This document shows positions 39,902-51,803 of a stretch of DNA of 64,000 bases, piece after piece (the first letter of the stretch is position 1; each line of letters opens with the position of its first letter). Below the pieces are notes generated by a model. It worked only from the letters and a program-made list of their open reading frames with translations, was not told the DNA's origin and ran no database searches. Source of the DNA: a bacterium (GTDB lineage: Bacteria > Cyanobacteriota > Vampirovibrionia > Gastranaerophilales > JBAXKC01); the NCBI GenBank assembly GCA_037137535.1, contig JBAXKC010000011.1, positions 1-64,000 of the forward strand, in the 5' to 3' direction. The position numbers and the translations under genes are program-made.

Positions 39902-40999
39902 TTAATTAACCATCCCGTATTTAGCTCTAAGTGCTGTGGATAGTTCTGATGTAAGAGTCATTGCCTTTTCAGCAAGCTCCATTGATAAGCTTCCTGCTCC
40001 ACAAGTTGGAGTTACTGCGCTTTGTTCGATAAGAACGGTTTTATCCATTCCTTTATTTACTAGATAAGCTACTGCTTCTTCAAATTTAACCATAAGACTT
40101 TCCACGGTAGCAGATTTAAGAGCATCTTCATCAAGAGTTGGAATTAAGCCCCAAGCGATAATGCCGCCTTTTTTAATGAACTGTTCTATCTCGTTATAAT
40201 ATAGTGAAAGACTTTCAGCATAATAGAAAGCGTCAAAGTTAATGATTTCAATACCACTTTCGGTGATTATTGACCAATCTGTTTTACCGCAACAATGAAC
40301 GGCAGGAATACCGCCATTGTCTTTGATAATTTGAGCAATTTCAGCAAAACAATCAATTATATCTTGTTTTTTAACGGTTAAAAATGCGGATGTTCCATAT
40401 TGTGAAATTGTAGGTTCGTCCATGAATATAACAGGCTTGCTTGTTGGCGAAGCCTCTTTAAACTTTTTAATTTGCCATAAAGCTTTTAAAGTAAGCCCTT
40501 TTACTAAAACTTCTTTTAATGTGTCATCGTAAAAAGCACATCTGTTTTGATTGTCTACAAGCGAGGTAGCGTAAGTAAAAGGTCCTGTAATCTGACCTTT
40601 CATGAAAGCAGGTTTTTTTTCTGCTGCCATTTTAAGATAAGTAGGTATTACAGAAGTAAATTCGCCGGTAATAGCGTATTTTTCAAGTAAATCAAATTCT
40701 TTTTCGCTGACAATTGCTTCATAATCCATATAAAATTCTTCTAAATGTTCAAAGAAATTTTCAACATTTTGATCTATGAACCAACGACAATCAGTTTCAT
40801 TAAAATAAACACCCGGTAAATTTTGAGTGAATTGTGCAATCATGTCTTCTTTAGGGTTGACATTAGACAGTTGCGGCCATATTGGAAATTGTGGAAATTT
40901 TTCAAAAATTAATTCTAATGCTTTTTCTGAATTATTATGCGGAAGACTTCCTATTGCAGTGCCTAAAAGATTTGATTTAGTCAACTTATCCACCCTCAT
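39902..40999 (-). CDS. mesB: Folate-independent core methionine synthase (MesB-like)
   Basis: IGSLPH, WPQL, KGQITGPFT, DEP, HCCG, FDA, AWGLIP, TPTCG; only the catalytic half of MetE. Confidence 0.75.
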   Translation of the reverse strand: MRVDKLTKSNLLGTAIGSLPHNNSEKALELIFEKFPQFPIWPQLSNVNPKEDMIAQFTQNLPGVYFNETDCRWFIDQNVENFFEHLEEFYMDYEAIVSEKEFDLLEKYAITGEFTSVIPTYLKMAAEKKPAFMKGQITGPFTYATSLVDNQNRCAFYDDTLKEVLVKGLTLKALWQIKKFKEASPTSKPVIFMDEPTISQYGTSAFLTVKKQDIIDCFAEIAQIIKDNGGIPAVHCCGKTDWSIITESGIEIINFDAFYYAESLSLYYNEIEQFIKKGGIIAWGLIPTLDEDALKSATVESLMVKFEEAVAYLVNKGMDKTVLIEQSAVTPTCGAGSLSMELAEKAMTLTSELSTALRAKYGMVN

Positions 41000-41113
41000 T
41001 ACACGGATTACACAATTTAGACCCTTTGGTCTATACTTATATAAGGTATCATAAACATATTTTTAAATAAAAATCTTTGATTTTTTCTATTTTAAAGAAA
41101 TCTATTAAACATT

Positions 41114-41563
41114 TTGGAGCTTAAGTCATTAATTATGGAAAATAAAAAATTACAAAGAAAAACTCTTGCACAATTTATAACTGATGTAAGAGAAAACGCT
41201 GGAATGTCGAGAACCGGACTTGCAAAGTCTGCTAACCTTGATATTGAAATAATAGATAGAATTGAAACAGGCCAGGACTTATTTTTGTCTACTGTTGAAA
41301 GACATCGCCTTGCAAGAGCTTTAAAACTTGAACATACGGTTATAAAACTCCATGAAAAAGAACCTGTTATACCCGGTGAAGTTCCTAAAGGAGCTATTGA
41401 TACGCTAAGGGTTAAAATATTAGCAGGAGAACTTGAGGGAAATGCTTGTCCTTCATGCAAATCAGAACTTATATGCAGAATTGCACTTATGCATGACTTA
41501 GAAGATAAACCTGTTTATCACGCTAAAGCAAGATGTAGCAAGTGTCCATTTATGCTTAGATAA
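41114..41563 (+). CDS. XRE-type HTH protein with C-terminal Zn ribbon
   Basis: RENAGMSRTGLAKSA HTH; CPSC...CSKC; 9 bp upstream of radA. Confidence 0.75.
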   Translation: MELKSLIMENKKLQRKTLAQFITDVRENAGMSRTGLAKSANLDIEIIDRIETGQDLFLSTVERHRLARALKLEHTVIKLHEKEPVIPGEVPKGAIDTLRVKILAGELEGNACPSCKSELICRIALMHDLEDKPVYHAKARCSKCPFMLR

Positions 41564-41572
41564 GAGGGAATT

Positions 41573-42955
41573 ATGGCAAAAATAAAAACTAAATGGGTTT
41601 GCCAGAATTGCGGTTATGAAAGTGGCGGTTATCTGGGAAAATGTCCTGATTGTTCTCAATGGGGAACTCTTGTTGAGGAAACTTCTGCTAAATCTTCTGT
41701 AAGTAAATCATCTGGGCAATTAACAAAGGGCTTTTCTTCAGAACTGCAATTATTAAAAGATATAAATATTGATGAAACTTTAAGATTTCCAACAGGTCTT
41801 GATGAATTTGACAGAACATTAGGCGGAGGGCTTGTAAAAGGTTCTTTAGTTCTTATCGGAGGTGATCCGGGAATTGGAAAATCCACTATAGTTTTACAAT
41901 CTTGTGGAAGTCTTTCCTTAAAAGGACTAAAAGTTTTATATATTTCAGCTGAGGAATCTGCAAAACAATTAAAATTAAGAGCTGAAAGATTAAATGTAGA
42001 TGCAAATAATCTTTATATTCTTGCAGAAACAAATCTTGATGATACAAGGATAACAATAGATAAATTAAAACCTGATGTGATCATTTTAGATAGTATTCAG
42101 GCTGTATATACATCTACGGTTACAAGTTCTCCTGGAAGTGTCAGTCAAGTTAGAGAATGTTGTAATATTTTGATGAATATAGCTAAAAATCAAGGTATTA
42201 CGACAATTATAATTGGACATGTCACTAAAGACGGAATGATTGCAGGCCCTAAAGTATTAGAGCATATGGTGGACACCGTTCTTTACTTTGAAGGAGATAG
42301 ATATAAATCTTACAGAATTTTAAGATGTATTAAAAACAGATTTGGAAGTACGAATGAAGTCGGCATCTTCACGATGGAAGATGAAGGATTGCGGGAAGTT
42401 TTAAATCCCAGTGAATTATTTCTTGCTGAAAGAGAAACTTCACTTGCACCGGGTAGTGTTGTTATTGCAACAAGTGAAGGGACAAGACCATTATTAGTTG
42501 AAATACAAGCATTAACAGGTGCAACAGGATATGCAAGCCCTAGAAGAGTTGCCACAGGAATAGAATATAACAGAGTTCTTCAAATTATAGCTGTTCTTGA
42601 ACGTAGAGTCGGATTAAATTTAAGTAAACAAGATGTTTACGTTAATGCAGTCGGTGGTATCAGTATTGATGAGCCTGCTGCCGATCTTGGTATTGCTATT
42701 GCAATTGCTACATGTGCAAGAAATGTTACTATTGATGCTGAAACTGTTATTATTGGTGAAATTGGTCTATCAGGTGAGATAAGAGCCGTTAATCAAATTG
42801 AGTCCCGAGTTAAAGAAGCATCTAAATTAGGTTTTAAGCGAATTATTATCCCTAAAGCTAATGCTCCTGTTAAAAATATACCTAAAGACGTAAAGGTATT
42901 AGCTGTTTCAAGAATTATTGAAGCTATAACTGCGGCTATTCCTGTAACAAAATAA
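41573..42955 (+). CDS. radA: DNA repair protein RadA/Sms
   Basis: C4 Zn finger, GGDPGIGKST, KNRFG, GEIGLSGE. Confidence 0.97.
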   Translation: MAKIKTKWVCQNCGYESGGYLGKCPDCSQWGTLVEETSAKSSVSKSSGQLTKGFSSELQLLKDINIDETLRFPTGLDEFDRTLGGGLVKGSLVLIGGDPGIGKSTIVLQSCGSLSLKGLKVLYISAEESAKQLKLRAERLNVDANNLYILAETNLDDTRITIDKLKPDVIILDSIQAVYTSTVTSSPGSVSQVRECCNILMNIAKNQGITTIIIGHVTKDGMIAGPKVLEHMVDTVLYFEGDRYKSYRILRCIKNRFGSTNEVGIFTMEDEGLREVLNPSELFLAERETSLAPGSVVIATSEGTRPLLVEIQALTGATGYASPRRVATGIEYNRVLQIIAVLERRVGLNLSKQDVYVNAVGGISIDEPAADLGIAIAIATCARNVTIDAETVIIGEIGLSGEIRAVNQIESRVKEASKLGFKRIIIPKANAPVKNIPKDVKVLAVSRIIEAITAAIPVTK

Positions 42956-42972
42956 ATAAGATTATATAAAAC

Positions 42973-43004
42973 AAAATCCTCCTATTACAAAATAGGAGGA
43001 TTTT
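42973..43004. terminator. Bidirectional terminator radA/tpiA
   Basis: AAAATCCTCCTATT / AATAGGAGGATTTT. Confidence 0.8.
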
Positions 43005-43020
43005 AAAGTTTGATTAAATC

Positions 43021-43794
43021 TTACTTAATAGCGCCTTTTACAATACCTACGAAGCTGTCTGCTTCTAAGCTTGCACCGCCTACTAAAGCACCATCAATAT
43101 CTGATTGAGCCATTTGCTCAACGATTGATGATGGTTTTACGCTACCACCGTAAAGAATTCTAGCTTGATCAGCTGATTCTTTTGTTGAAACAGAAGCAAC
43201 AGTTTCTCTGATCATTTTGATTACTCTGTTAGCTTCAGGTGAATCGCAAGTTTTACCTGTTCCGATAGCCCAGATAGGTTCATAAGCAAAAACAAGTTTA
43301 GCAACATCTTCAGCAGAAATACCTTCTAAAGCTGCTCTGATTTGTTTAGCAACAACTTCATCAGTAACGCCAGCTTCTCTTTGCTCTAAGCTTTCACCGC
43401 AACATACGATTGGTGTGACGCCATGAGCTAGGCAAGCTTTTGTTTTAAGGTTTACTGTTTCATCAGTTTCACCAAAATATTGTCTTCTTTCGCTATGTCC
43501 GATAATTACGTAAGAAACGCAAAGATCTTGCAACATAGGAATTGAAATTTCACCTGTGTAAGCTCCTGAATCTTTATAGAAACAGTCTTGAGCTCCTAAG
43601 AAAATGGATTTACCATTATCTAATACTTTGCTTACTGCGTGAAGTGAAGTGAAAGTAGGACAAACAACAACTGTTGGTAATTTAGCAGCATCTTCGTCCA
43701 TTAATTTTATTTTTACATCTTCAACAAGAGCAATTGACTCGTCAACAAGCTTTTGTAATTTCCAGTTTCCTGCAATAATTGGTTTTCTTGACAT
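43021..43794 (-). CDS. tpiA: Triosephosphate isomerase
   Basis: AGNWK, GHSERR, AYEPIWAIGTG, YGGSVK, LVGGASL. Confidence 0.98.
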   Translation of the reverse strand: MSRKPIIAGNWKLQKLVDESIALVEDVKIKLMDEDAAKLPTVVVCPTFTSLHAVSKVLDNGKSIFLGAQDCFYKDSGAYTGEISIPMLQDLCVSYVIIGHSERRQYFGETDETVNLKTKACLAHGVTPIVCCGESLEQREAGVTDEVVAKQIRAALEGISAEDVAKLVFAYEPIWAIGTGKTCDSPEANRVIKMIRETVASVSTKESADQARILYGGSVKPSSIVEQMAQSDIDGALVGGASLEADSFVGIVKGAIK

Positions 43795-43848
43795 TTCGAA
43801 ATACCTTTTTCTATAACTATCAACAAACTTTAAAATAGTTTAAAAGCC

Positions 43849-43878
43849 AAAAGCGGCGACATTTGCCGCCGCTTTTTT
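43849..43878 (-). terminator. Hairpin/terminator between gap and tpiA
   Basis: AAAAGCGGCG...CGCCGCTTTT. Confidence 0.7.
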
Positions 43879-43888
43879 AAGGCTTGAA

Positions 43889-44920
<1,032 letters not shown>

Positions 44921-45227
44921 CTATATAATGTGCCTTACATGTTACTTTTATAAATAAAACATAATCTTATGGCAAGTATCTTTTAGTGTCAGTCATATAA
45001 AGATTAATCAAAAGAGTAATTTTTTATAAATTTTTTTTAATCTCTTGTGTAATTGAAAAAGCAAAAAAAATCCTTCTGTAGTGTATTTCTCTCTATATAG
45101 TAATCTTTTAGAGTTAATTTATTTGAGGATTTATATTTTTATATTTTTGTGATAATTTCAAACAAAATGTAATAATACTTAAATATTTTACATATGTCTG
45201 AACGATTGAAAAAGAGGTTTTTAACTT

Positions 45228-46895
45228 ATGACAAGAGAAATTTCAGCATTGCAAAAAGCAAGACAGGCTTATCAGCCTAAATTACCGGCTGTGTTAAGAA
45301 AAGGTATTAAAAATCTTGCGGTAGACTTTGGTGAATCAACATCAAGCGTGGCTGATGCAGAAGATATTAAAAAGATTTTTGCTAACTCCTTTGGTAAACC
45401 GGTAGCTGTTTTCAAAGAAGGTTCTACTCAATCAGAAAATAAAATTACTAATGTAGGCGTTATTTTATCTGGTGGACAAGCTCCAGGTGGACATAACGTA
45501 ATTGCAGGATTATTTGATGCATTAAAAGAAGCTAATGCAGAAAATAAACTTATCGGATTTTTAGGTGGTCCTGCCGGTATTATTGATGGAAAATATCAGG
45601 AGATTACTCCTGAATTCATCGATGAATACAGAAATACAGGTGGATTTGATATTATCGGGTCTGGCAGAACAAAGCTTGAAACCGAAGAACAGTTCGAAAA
45701 AACTCTTGAAACCTGTAAGAAATTAAATCTTAGTGCTGTTGTTGTTATCGGTGGAGATGATTCCAACACTAACGCAGCTCTTTTAGGTGAATGGTTACAG
45801 GCTAAAAATGCTGGTATTCAAGTAATTGGCGTACCTAAAACAATTGATGGCGACCTTAAAACTGATGAAATTGAAATTTCTTTCGGTTTTGATACAGCTA
45901 CAAAAACATATTCAGAATTAATTGGAAACATTGGTAGAGATGCTAATTCCGCTAAAAAATATTATCACTTCATTAAACTTATGGGCAGAAGTGCAACTCA
46001 CGTTGCTCTTGAAGTAGCTCTTCAAACACAACCGAATGTAACTTTAATTTCAGAAGAAGTTGCTGAAAAGAAAATGTCTCTTGCTCAAATCGTTAATTAT
46101 TTAGTTGACGTTGTTGTAAAAAGAGCAGAAAATGGCAAAGATTTCGGTTTAGTTCTTGTTCCAGAAGGTTTAATCGAGTTTATTCCTGAAATGAAATCAA
46201 TGATTTCAGACTTAAACGATACAATTGCTCACATTGAAAAAGAAAATCCTAAAGCTTTAGAAGTTTCAACAGATGCTAAGATTGCTTTAGTCGGTTCAAA
46301 ACTTCAAGCTGAAAACGCAAATGTATTCAAATCACTTCCTGTGTCAATCCAAGCTCAACTTTTAGCTGACAGAGATCCACATGGGAATGTTCAAGTATCA
46401 AGAATTGAAACAGAAAAACTTTTAACCGAAATGGTTGAAGCAAAATTAGCTGAGCTTAAAAAAGAAGGAAAATACAAAGGTAAATTCTCTCCTTTAGCTC
46501 ACTTCTTCGGATATGAAGGAAGATGTGCCGCTCCATCAAACTTTGATGCTGATTATTGCTATTCATTGGGCTATAACGCATTTGCTTTAGTTCAATCAGG
46601 TTTAACAGGTTATCTTTCATCAGTAAGAAACCTTACAAAACCTGCTGATCAATGGATTGCAGGCGGTATTCCTTTAACAATGCTTATGAATATGGAAAAA
46701 AGACATGGTGAAATGAAGCCTGTTATCCAAAAAGCTCTTGTTAGGCTTGATGGACCTGTATTCAAAGCTCTTGAAACCAACAGAGAAAAATGGGCTTTAG
46801 AAGATCACTACATTTTCCCTGGTCCTGTTCAATATTTTGGACCAAGTGAAGTTGCTGATATTACTACTAAAACTCTTCAGCTTGAAAAAGCGTAA
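45228..46895 (+). CDS. pfp: Pyrophosphate-dependent phosphofructokinase (long clade)
   Basis: [18 protein letters not shown] (PPi-type GGDD), PKTIDGD, MGRS. Confidence 0.95.
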   Translation: MTREISALQKARQAYQPKLPAVLRKGIKNLAVDFGESTSSVADAEDIKKIFANSFGKPVAVFKEGSTQSENKITNVGVILSGGQAPGGHNVIAGLFDALKEANAENKLIGFLGGPAGIIDGKYQEITPEFIDEYRNTGGFDIIGSGRTKLETEEQFEKTLETCKKLNLSAVVVIGGDDSNTNAALLGEWLQAKNAGIQVIGVPKTIDGDLKTDEIEISFGFDTATKTYSELIGNIGRDANSAKKYYHFIKLMGRSATHVALEVALQTQPNVTLISEEVAEKKMSLAQIVNYLVDVVVKRAENGKDFGLVLVPEGLIEFIPEMKSMISDLNDTIAHIEKENPKALEVSTDAKIALVGSKLQAENANVFKSLPVSIQAQLLADRDPHGNVQVSRIETEKLLTEMVEAKLAELKKEGKYKGKFSPLAHFFGYEGRCAAPSNFDADYCYSLGYNAFALVQSGLTGYLSSVRNLTKPADQWIAGGIPLTMLMNMEKRHGEMKPVIQKALVRLDGPVFKALETNREKWALEDHYIFPGPVQYFGPSEVADITTKTLQLEKA

Positions 46896-46908
46896 AACCT
46901 TTTAGGTC

Positions 46909-46942
46909 AAAAAAGGGGATTATTTCGATAATCCTCTTTTTT
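46909..46942 (+). terminator. Intrinsic terminator of pfp
   Basis: AAAAAAGGGGATTAT-TTCG-ATAATCCTCTTTTTT. Confidence 0.8.
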
Positions 46943-46981
46943 GTGTCATTAAAACTAAAATAGTGTAAAAAATAGATAATA

Positions 46982-47368
46982 GTGAATGAAATGAATAAAT
47001 TAAATTATAAAATGATTCCTGCAAGTCTTTATTATGCATTAATTTGCGTAGTCTCAAGCCTGTCAATTAATGTAAATATTCATAATGTTGATAAAGGTTT
47101 ACATACGATTGAATATTCTATATTAGGATTATTGTTAGCTTTTGGTTTTAATCTTACAGAGTTTAAATTGAATAAATTTCTCTTTCGTCTTTTATTAGTT
47201 GGTTTATTATTGGGTTGTATCGATGAAATACATCAACACTTTGTTCCAGGGAGGTCTATGGATATATTTGATGTATGTGCTGATATTACGGGCATAACAC
47301 TTGGCTCTTATATATTTACGCTTTCTTTTCCGTTTATTTCTAAATTAATTGAAGTGAAAAATAAATAA
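46982..47368 (+). CDS. VanZ-like membrane protein
   Basis: DKGLHTIEY, DEIHQHFVPGR, DVCAD. Confidence 0.85.
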   Translation: MNEMNKLNYKMIPASLYYALICVVSSLSINVNIHNVDKGLHTIEYSILGLLLAFGFNLTEFKLNKFLFRLLLVGLLLGCIDEIHQHFVPGRSMDIFDVCADITGITLGSYIFTLSFPFISKLIEVKNK

Positions 47369-47442
47369 CTCGAGTCGCTTTTAAATTATCAAAAAACCGC
47401 CAGCAGCTACCCATCAGTTGTAAAGAGGCTATGTCTCTTTTG

Positions 47443-47483
47443 TATTTCTATATATTTTTATAATTTAAAACTTAATAATAATT
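47443..47483 (+). repeat. 41-bp AT-rich intergenic direct repeat, copy 2
   Basis: Matches 14906-14947 with a 1-nt deletion. Confidence 0.75.
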
Positions 47484-47630
47484 TGTTGACTCAAGTTAAA
47501 TTCTGCTTTATTAAATTTAACTTTGTTATTTTAAAAAAATAATCTATAATAAATTACATTATAGTTAGTGTATTTATTTAAAATATCTGTGTTTTCTCTA
47601 AGTATTTAGAATTTTATAAAAGGGTGGTGC

Positions 47631-48581
47631 ATGAAATTATTAATTTCATTGTTGAAATTTTTGCAGGCTTTATGTCTTTTGTTAATACCGATATTAATAG
47701 TTTATTGTGTATTTGCCGCTACGCAGACAACAATAATTAATCAATATAAAAATGAACTTGGTACTTTATTATCTCCAATTTCTACTGTTGTTTACTTTTT
47801 TAATTTAACATTAGGACCATTAGTCTCCTTATTTAAAGGTTTAGTCAATTTTGAATTAACATATAATTCAACTAAGCTTGATTTTACTCATTTTGTTGCA
47901 GCAGCAGCTTTATTTGTTCTTTATCATGTATTAGGTTTAACTAACAATGTTTTGAATTTTTTCTCAAAAAAATCTGATGATTTAAAAAAAATGACAGCAA
48001 AAAGAAGAGCTGAAGAACTTTATGAGAAAAGAATGCTTGAGGAAGTCAGTAAATATAAAACATATACATCTACCGTAATTATTTTAAAGCTTAAAAAAAT
48101 TACAGGTGCTACTAATTATTTATTACAAGCAGAATCAATAAATGAAAATTTAATGAATTCTTCTAATCTTGTTGATGAAATTATAGAGCTTGTCCAACTT
48201 CACTCAGGAGTAAGATGTGCTAATCTTGAAAAAAATGGTGATATTTACATCGTATTCAATGATATTCTTAAAGTCGTTAAATTCTCTAAAAGCCTTAAAG
48301 AAAAAGTTAAAGAATTAAATAAAAATCTTTCAAAGACAGGTAGTGGCTTATCTTATTACATGTTTGCCGATAATTTCCCTGATGTAGAAAGATCTAAAAA
48401 ATTTGCAATTATTGAAAAATTATTTTATTTAACAGGTGAAAATGAATTCTTTGTCGGCGAATCCTTTAAGAAATACTATGAGTGTTTTACAAAAGATGTT
48501 AAATGTAATTTTTTGTCAAAAGGACTTTATTCCTTGAATGATGAACACCAAGTAGAGATTTTTGAGCTGATAGGCTTTTAA
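47631..48581 (+). CDS. Membrane protein with possible degenerate class III nucleotidyl-cyclase-like C-terminus
   Basis: N-terminal TM helices, coiled linker, GDIYIVF...ENEFFVGE...SKGLYSL...VEIFEL pattern. Confidence 0.6.
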   Translation: MKLLISLLKFLQALCLLLIPILIVYCVFAATQTTIINQYKNELGTLLSPISTVVYFFNLTLGPLVSLFKGLVNFELTYNSTKLDFTHFVAAAALFVLYHVLGLTNNVLNFFSKKSDDLKKMTAKRRAEELYEKRMLEEVSKYKTYTSTVIILKLKKITGATNYLLQAESINENLMNSSNLVDEIIELVQLHSGVRCANLEKNGDIYIVFNDILKVVKFSKSLKEKVKELNKNLSKTGSGLSYYMFADNFPDVERSKKFAIIEKLFYLTGENEFFVGESFKKYYECFTKDVKCNFLSKGLYSLNDEHQVEIFELIGF

Positions 48582-49499
48582 TTATTGCTCTTTTGCTCTC
48601 GGGTGAGCTTTTGTATAGGCTTGCTTTAACCTTTCTGTAGTTACATGAGTGTATATTTGAGTATTACTGATGCTTGCATGCCCTAAAAGTTCTTGTACAA
48701 CTCTTAAATCTGCTCCATTTTCCAATAACTTTGTTGCAAAAGTATGTCTGAAAACATGTGGAGATATTTGTTTTGTAAATCCTGCTTTTTTTCCCAACTC
48801 GGAAAGTAGACGATTTACGCTTCTTTGTTGAAGTCTAAAACCGTTTTGATTTATAAATATTGGTGAATCAGAATAGTTAGTGGCCTTTAAGCATAATTCA
48901 ACCCTTTTATGTAAAAGGTACTCTTCAAGATATTTCTTAGCTCTTGAACTTATTAAGACTATTCGTTCTTTACCGCCTTTTCCATAGACGGTTATTTCAT
49001 TTTCTTCAATGTTCAGATTTTCAAAATTAAGCCCGCAAAGCTCTGATATACGCATACCTGTAGCGTATAAAAGCTCTAAGATAGTTCTATCTCTATATCC
49101 TGATGAGGAGGTTGTGTTAATAAAGGTAAATATTTTTTCTATTTCATCGGTATTTAAAAACTTTGGTAAGCTTTTAACTTTTCTTGGTCCTTTAATATTT
49201 CCTGCTGGATTAGTGTCAACAAGTCTTTCTCTGTATAAATATCTGTAAAAGGTTCTTATAGCGGCAATTTTTCTTGAAATAGTAGTTTTAGAATATGCTT
49301 TTACTTGAATCTCAGTTATATATTGCCTTATTTCTTTATGGTTAAGCCTTTCAGGGCTTTTGCCTGAGATATTATTTAAAAAGTTTAATATGTCAGTACA
49401 ATAAGCCTTAACAGTATGCAATGAAAGATTTCGCTCTATTTCAAGGTAGAGCTTAAAATCTTCCAATATATTAGAATTTTTTTCTGATAATTTGTTCAT
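48582..49499 (-). CDS. xerC: Tyrosine recombinase XerC/XerD
   Basis: LYATGMRISEL, GKGGKER, PHVFRHTFAT, LLGH, TQIYTH; XerC versus XerD not resolvable. Confidence 0.9.
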   Translation of the reverse strand: MNKLSEKNSNILEDFKLYLEIERNLSLHTVKAYCTDILNFLNNISGKSPERLNHKEIRQYITEIQVKAYSKTTISRKIAAIRTFYRYLYRERLVDTNPAGNIKGPRKVKSLPKFLNTDEIEKIFTFINTTSSSGYRDRTILELLYATGMRISELCGLNFENLNIEENEITVYGKGGKERIVLISSRAKKYLEEYLLHKRVELCLKATNYSDSPIFINQNGFRLQQRSVNRLLSELGKKAGFTKQISPHVFRHTFATKLLENGADLRVVQELLGHASISNTQIYTHVTTERLKQAYTKAHPRAKEQ

Positions 49500-49644
49500 A
49501 ATTACTATTCATTTATTGTAATAAATATATATTTTATTATACAATTTCTAATGATAATAATTAAAACAGTCAAATAAATGATTTTTAAAAAATCTCCATT
49601 TATTAACCGTCTCGAATAAGGAAATAAAAATCGGAGAATTCAAA

Positions 49645-51495
49645 ATGATCAAGAAAATATCAGTTTGCATCATTGCATCATTAATTTTTTCATCTAATAA
49701 TATGGCTTATGCACAAAAAGCAGAAGTGAAAACTTCGACTGTAAAAACAAATAGCGGACAATTAACAAAATTGAATGTTTCTGTTAATGAAAACTATAGC
49801 TATATTAATAAATTAATAAATGTCGGAAATCTTAACGAAGCAGAAAAAGAGTGCTTAAGTACTTTAGAAATTAATCCTGATGATGTTAAAACAAATGTTT
49901 ATCTTGGTGAAATAAATTCAAGACTGTATAAACTTGATAAAGCAAAAAAATATTTTGAAAAAGTAATTGAACTTGATCCCAAAAATGCTGAAGCTCATAA
50001 TGGACTCGGTTCAATTTATTTAAAGAAAACAACTTCTTCTAATATGGAAATTAAAAGAAATGTTGATAAATATTATAATTTAGCTTTGGATGAATTTAAA
50101 CTTGCAGTTAAATATAAGCCTAATTTTGCTTTAGCTTTAGATAATGCAGGTAAAATAGCTCAATTACAAGGAAAAATAGATGATGCTGAAAATTATTTCA
50201 ACAAAGCATTAGATGTTGAGCCTAAAGATGCCGATGCTATTGAAAATCTTGGATCTATTCTTTATGAAAAAGGGCAGATTGATGCCGCTATAGATAGATT
50301 TCAAGAAGCAATTTATAATAATCCTAAAAATTCTTCTGCCTATTATAATCTTGGTAAAGCTTATTTAGCAAAAGGTTATACAAATAGAGCAATAAATTCT
50401 CTTCAAATTTCTTTAACTCAAAACCCGAATAGTGCTCCATCTAGATATGAAATGGGAAGAGCCTATGAAATGCAGGGAAATGAGGCTGTCGCTTTATCAG
50501 AATATAGAAAAGCTATATTAATAAAGCCTGATTACATAAAACCGTATATAAAAATAGCTGAAATTCATCAAAATAGAGGTGATGAGGAAGTTGCAATTCC
50601 TGAACTTAAAACTGCGCTTGCAATTGATCCGAGTTTAAATGAAGCAAAACTTAAAATTGCTGAACTTTCTTTAAATATCGGCAAAACAGATCAAGCACTT
50701 CATTATTATAAAGAACTTCTTTCTGACTGCGTATATCAGCAAAAAGCTTTATTAGGTTTATCAAGGGCTTATTTTGACAGGGCTCAAAAATATGACCTTA
50801 GAGGAACTTTTTTCTCCGAATCTGAATATGTAGAAGCGGAAGAAAATATAAAACAGGCGATACAATATAATCCGGGTAACATTGAGCTATATTTGGCCTT
50901 ATTAAGAATTGCCCGTTTAACTAATAAAGATAAAGATTCCCAACAATACTTGAATCAAATAATACAGGGTTCTGCCAATACTTCAGTTGACCATGTTGTT
51001 AAGGGTGAAGCCTTTATTACGTTTAAAAAATATGAAGAAGCTGATAATGAGTTCAAAGTAGCAGTAAGTAAAGCTGAAGATCTTGATAGTGCTTTGAATT
51101 TAGGTGAAATATTTATAACAAATAGAGCTTATCAACCTGCAAAAGAAGCCTTTAATAGAGTTCTTTCTGTTGAGCCTAATAATCTTAAAGCTATCAGAGC
51201 ATTAGAGCGAATTCAGAAAAATGAATTGGAAGCTGAATTAAAGTTAAATGTTGGCCAGGCATTTGTAGAGCAAAAACGATATTCTGCTGCGTTAGATTCG
51301 TTAAGAGAAAGCGTTTCATTGAATCCTAATGTTGCTAAAACTCATTTACTGCTTGCTATTTGCTATGAAAAACAAAAGAATTATTATAATGCAGTAGATG
51401 ATTATAAATCTTTTACAGGTTTTAAAGATATTAATAAGAAAGATTATGATCATTCAATTGCAAAAATTAAAAAATTATCTAGAAAAATTCGCTAA
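49645..51495 (+). CDS. Exported TPR-repeat protein
   Basis: Signal peptide plus many TPR motifs. Confidence 0.88.
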   Translation: MIKKISVCIIASLIFSSNNMAYAQKAEVKTSTVKTNSGQLTKLNVSVNENYSYINKLINVGNLNEAEKECLSTLEINPDDVKTNVYLGEINSRLYKLDKAKKYFEKVIELDPKNAEAHNGLGSIYLKKTTSSNMEIKRNVDKYYNLALDEFKLAVKYKPNFALALDNAGKIAQLQGKIDDAENYFNKALDVEPKDADAIENLGSILYEKGQIDAAIDRFQEAIYNNPKNSSAYYNLGKAYLAKGYTNRAINSLQISLTQNPNSAPSRYEMGRAYEMQGNEAVALSEYRKAILIKPDYIKPYIKIAEIHQNRGDEEVAIPELKTALAIDPSLNEAKLKIAELSLNIGKTDQALHYYKELLSDCVYQQKALLGLSRAYFDRAQKYDLRGTFFSESEYVEAEENIKQAIQYNPGNIELYLALLRIARLTNKDKDSQQYLNQIIQGSANTSVDHVVKGEAFITFKKYEEADNEFKVAVSKAEDLDSALNLGEIFITNRAYQPAKEAFNRVLSVEPNNLKAIRALERIQKNELEAELKLNVGQAFVEQKRYSAALDSLRESVSLNPNVAKTHLLLAICYEKQKNYYNAVDDYKSFTGFKDINKKDYDHSIAKIKKLSRKIR

Positions 51496-51507
51496 TACTA
51501 AATTTAT

Positions 51508-51730
51508 TATACCAATCCAACTTGCTTTTTGATAATTGAATTTTTAAAGTGCACTAATCTTTTGATTTGCTTGTTTTCTCAAGAATTAATTTGTTTTTAA
51601 CAAATCAAGGAGTAATAAAAAGTGAGTCGATGGCTTTAGGCATGGAAATTTTCTTTTTATGAAAGAATTTAGTCTGTATTGAAATAAGTTTTGCAAGGCA
51701 TTTTATCAATTATTTTCTGGGATAGGTATA
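51508..51730 (+). mobile_element. MITE-like repeat, internally deleted copy C with intact terminal inverted repeats
   Basis: TATACCAATCC ... GGATAGGTATA; internal blocks match copies A and B. Confidence 0.8.
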
Positions 51731-51803
51731 ATTTGATATTTTTAATAATAAATGGAATAATTTTTAATATAAACCGTTTAACATAAAGAGTAAGAGGATA
51801 ATA

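Noticed and set aside
48582-49499. Tyrosine recombinase as prophage/island integrase
   Set aside because: Length and motifs fit chromosomal XerC/D; no att sites, tRNA or phage genes nearby
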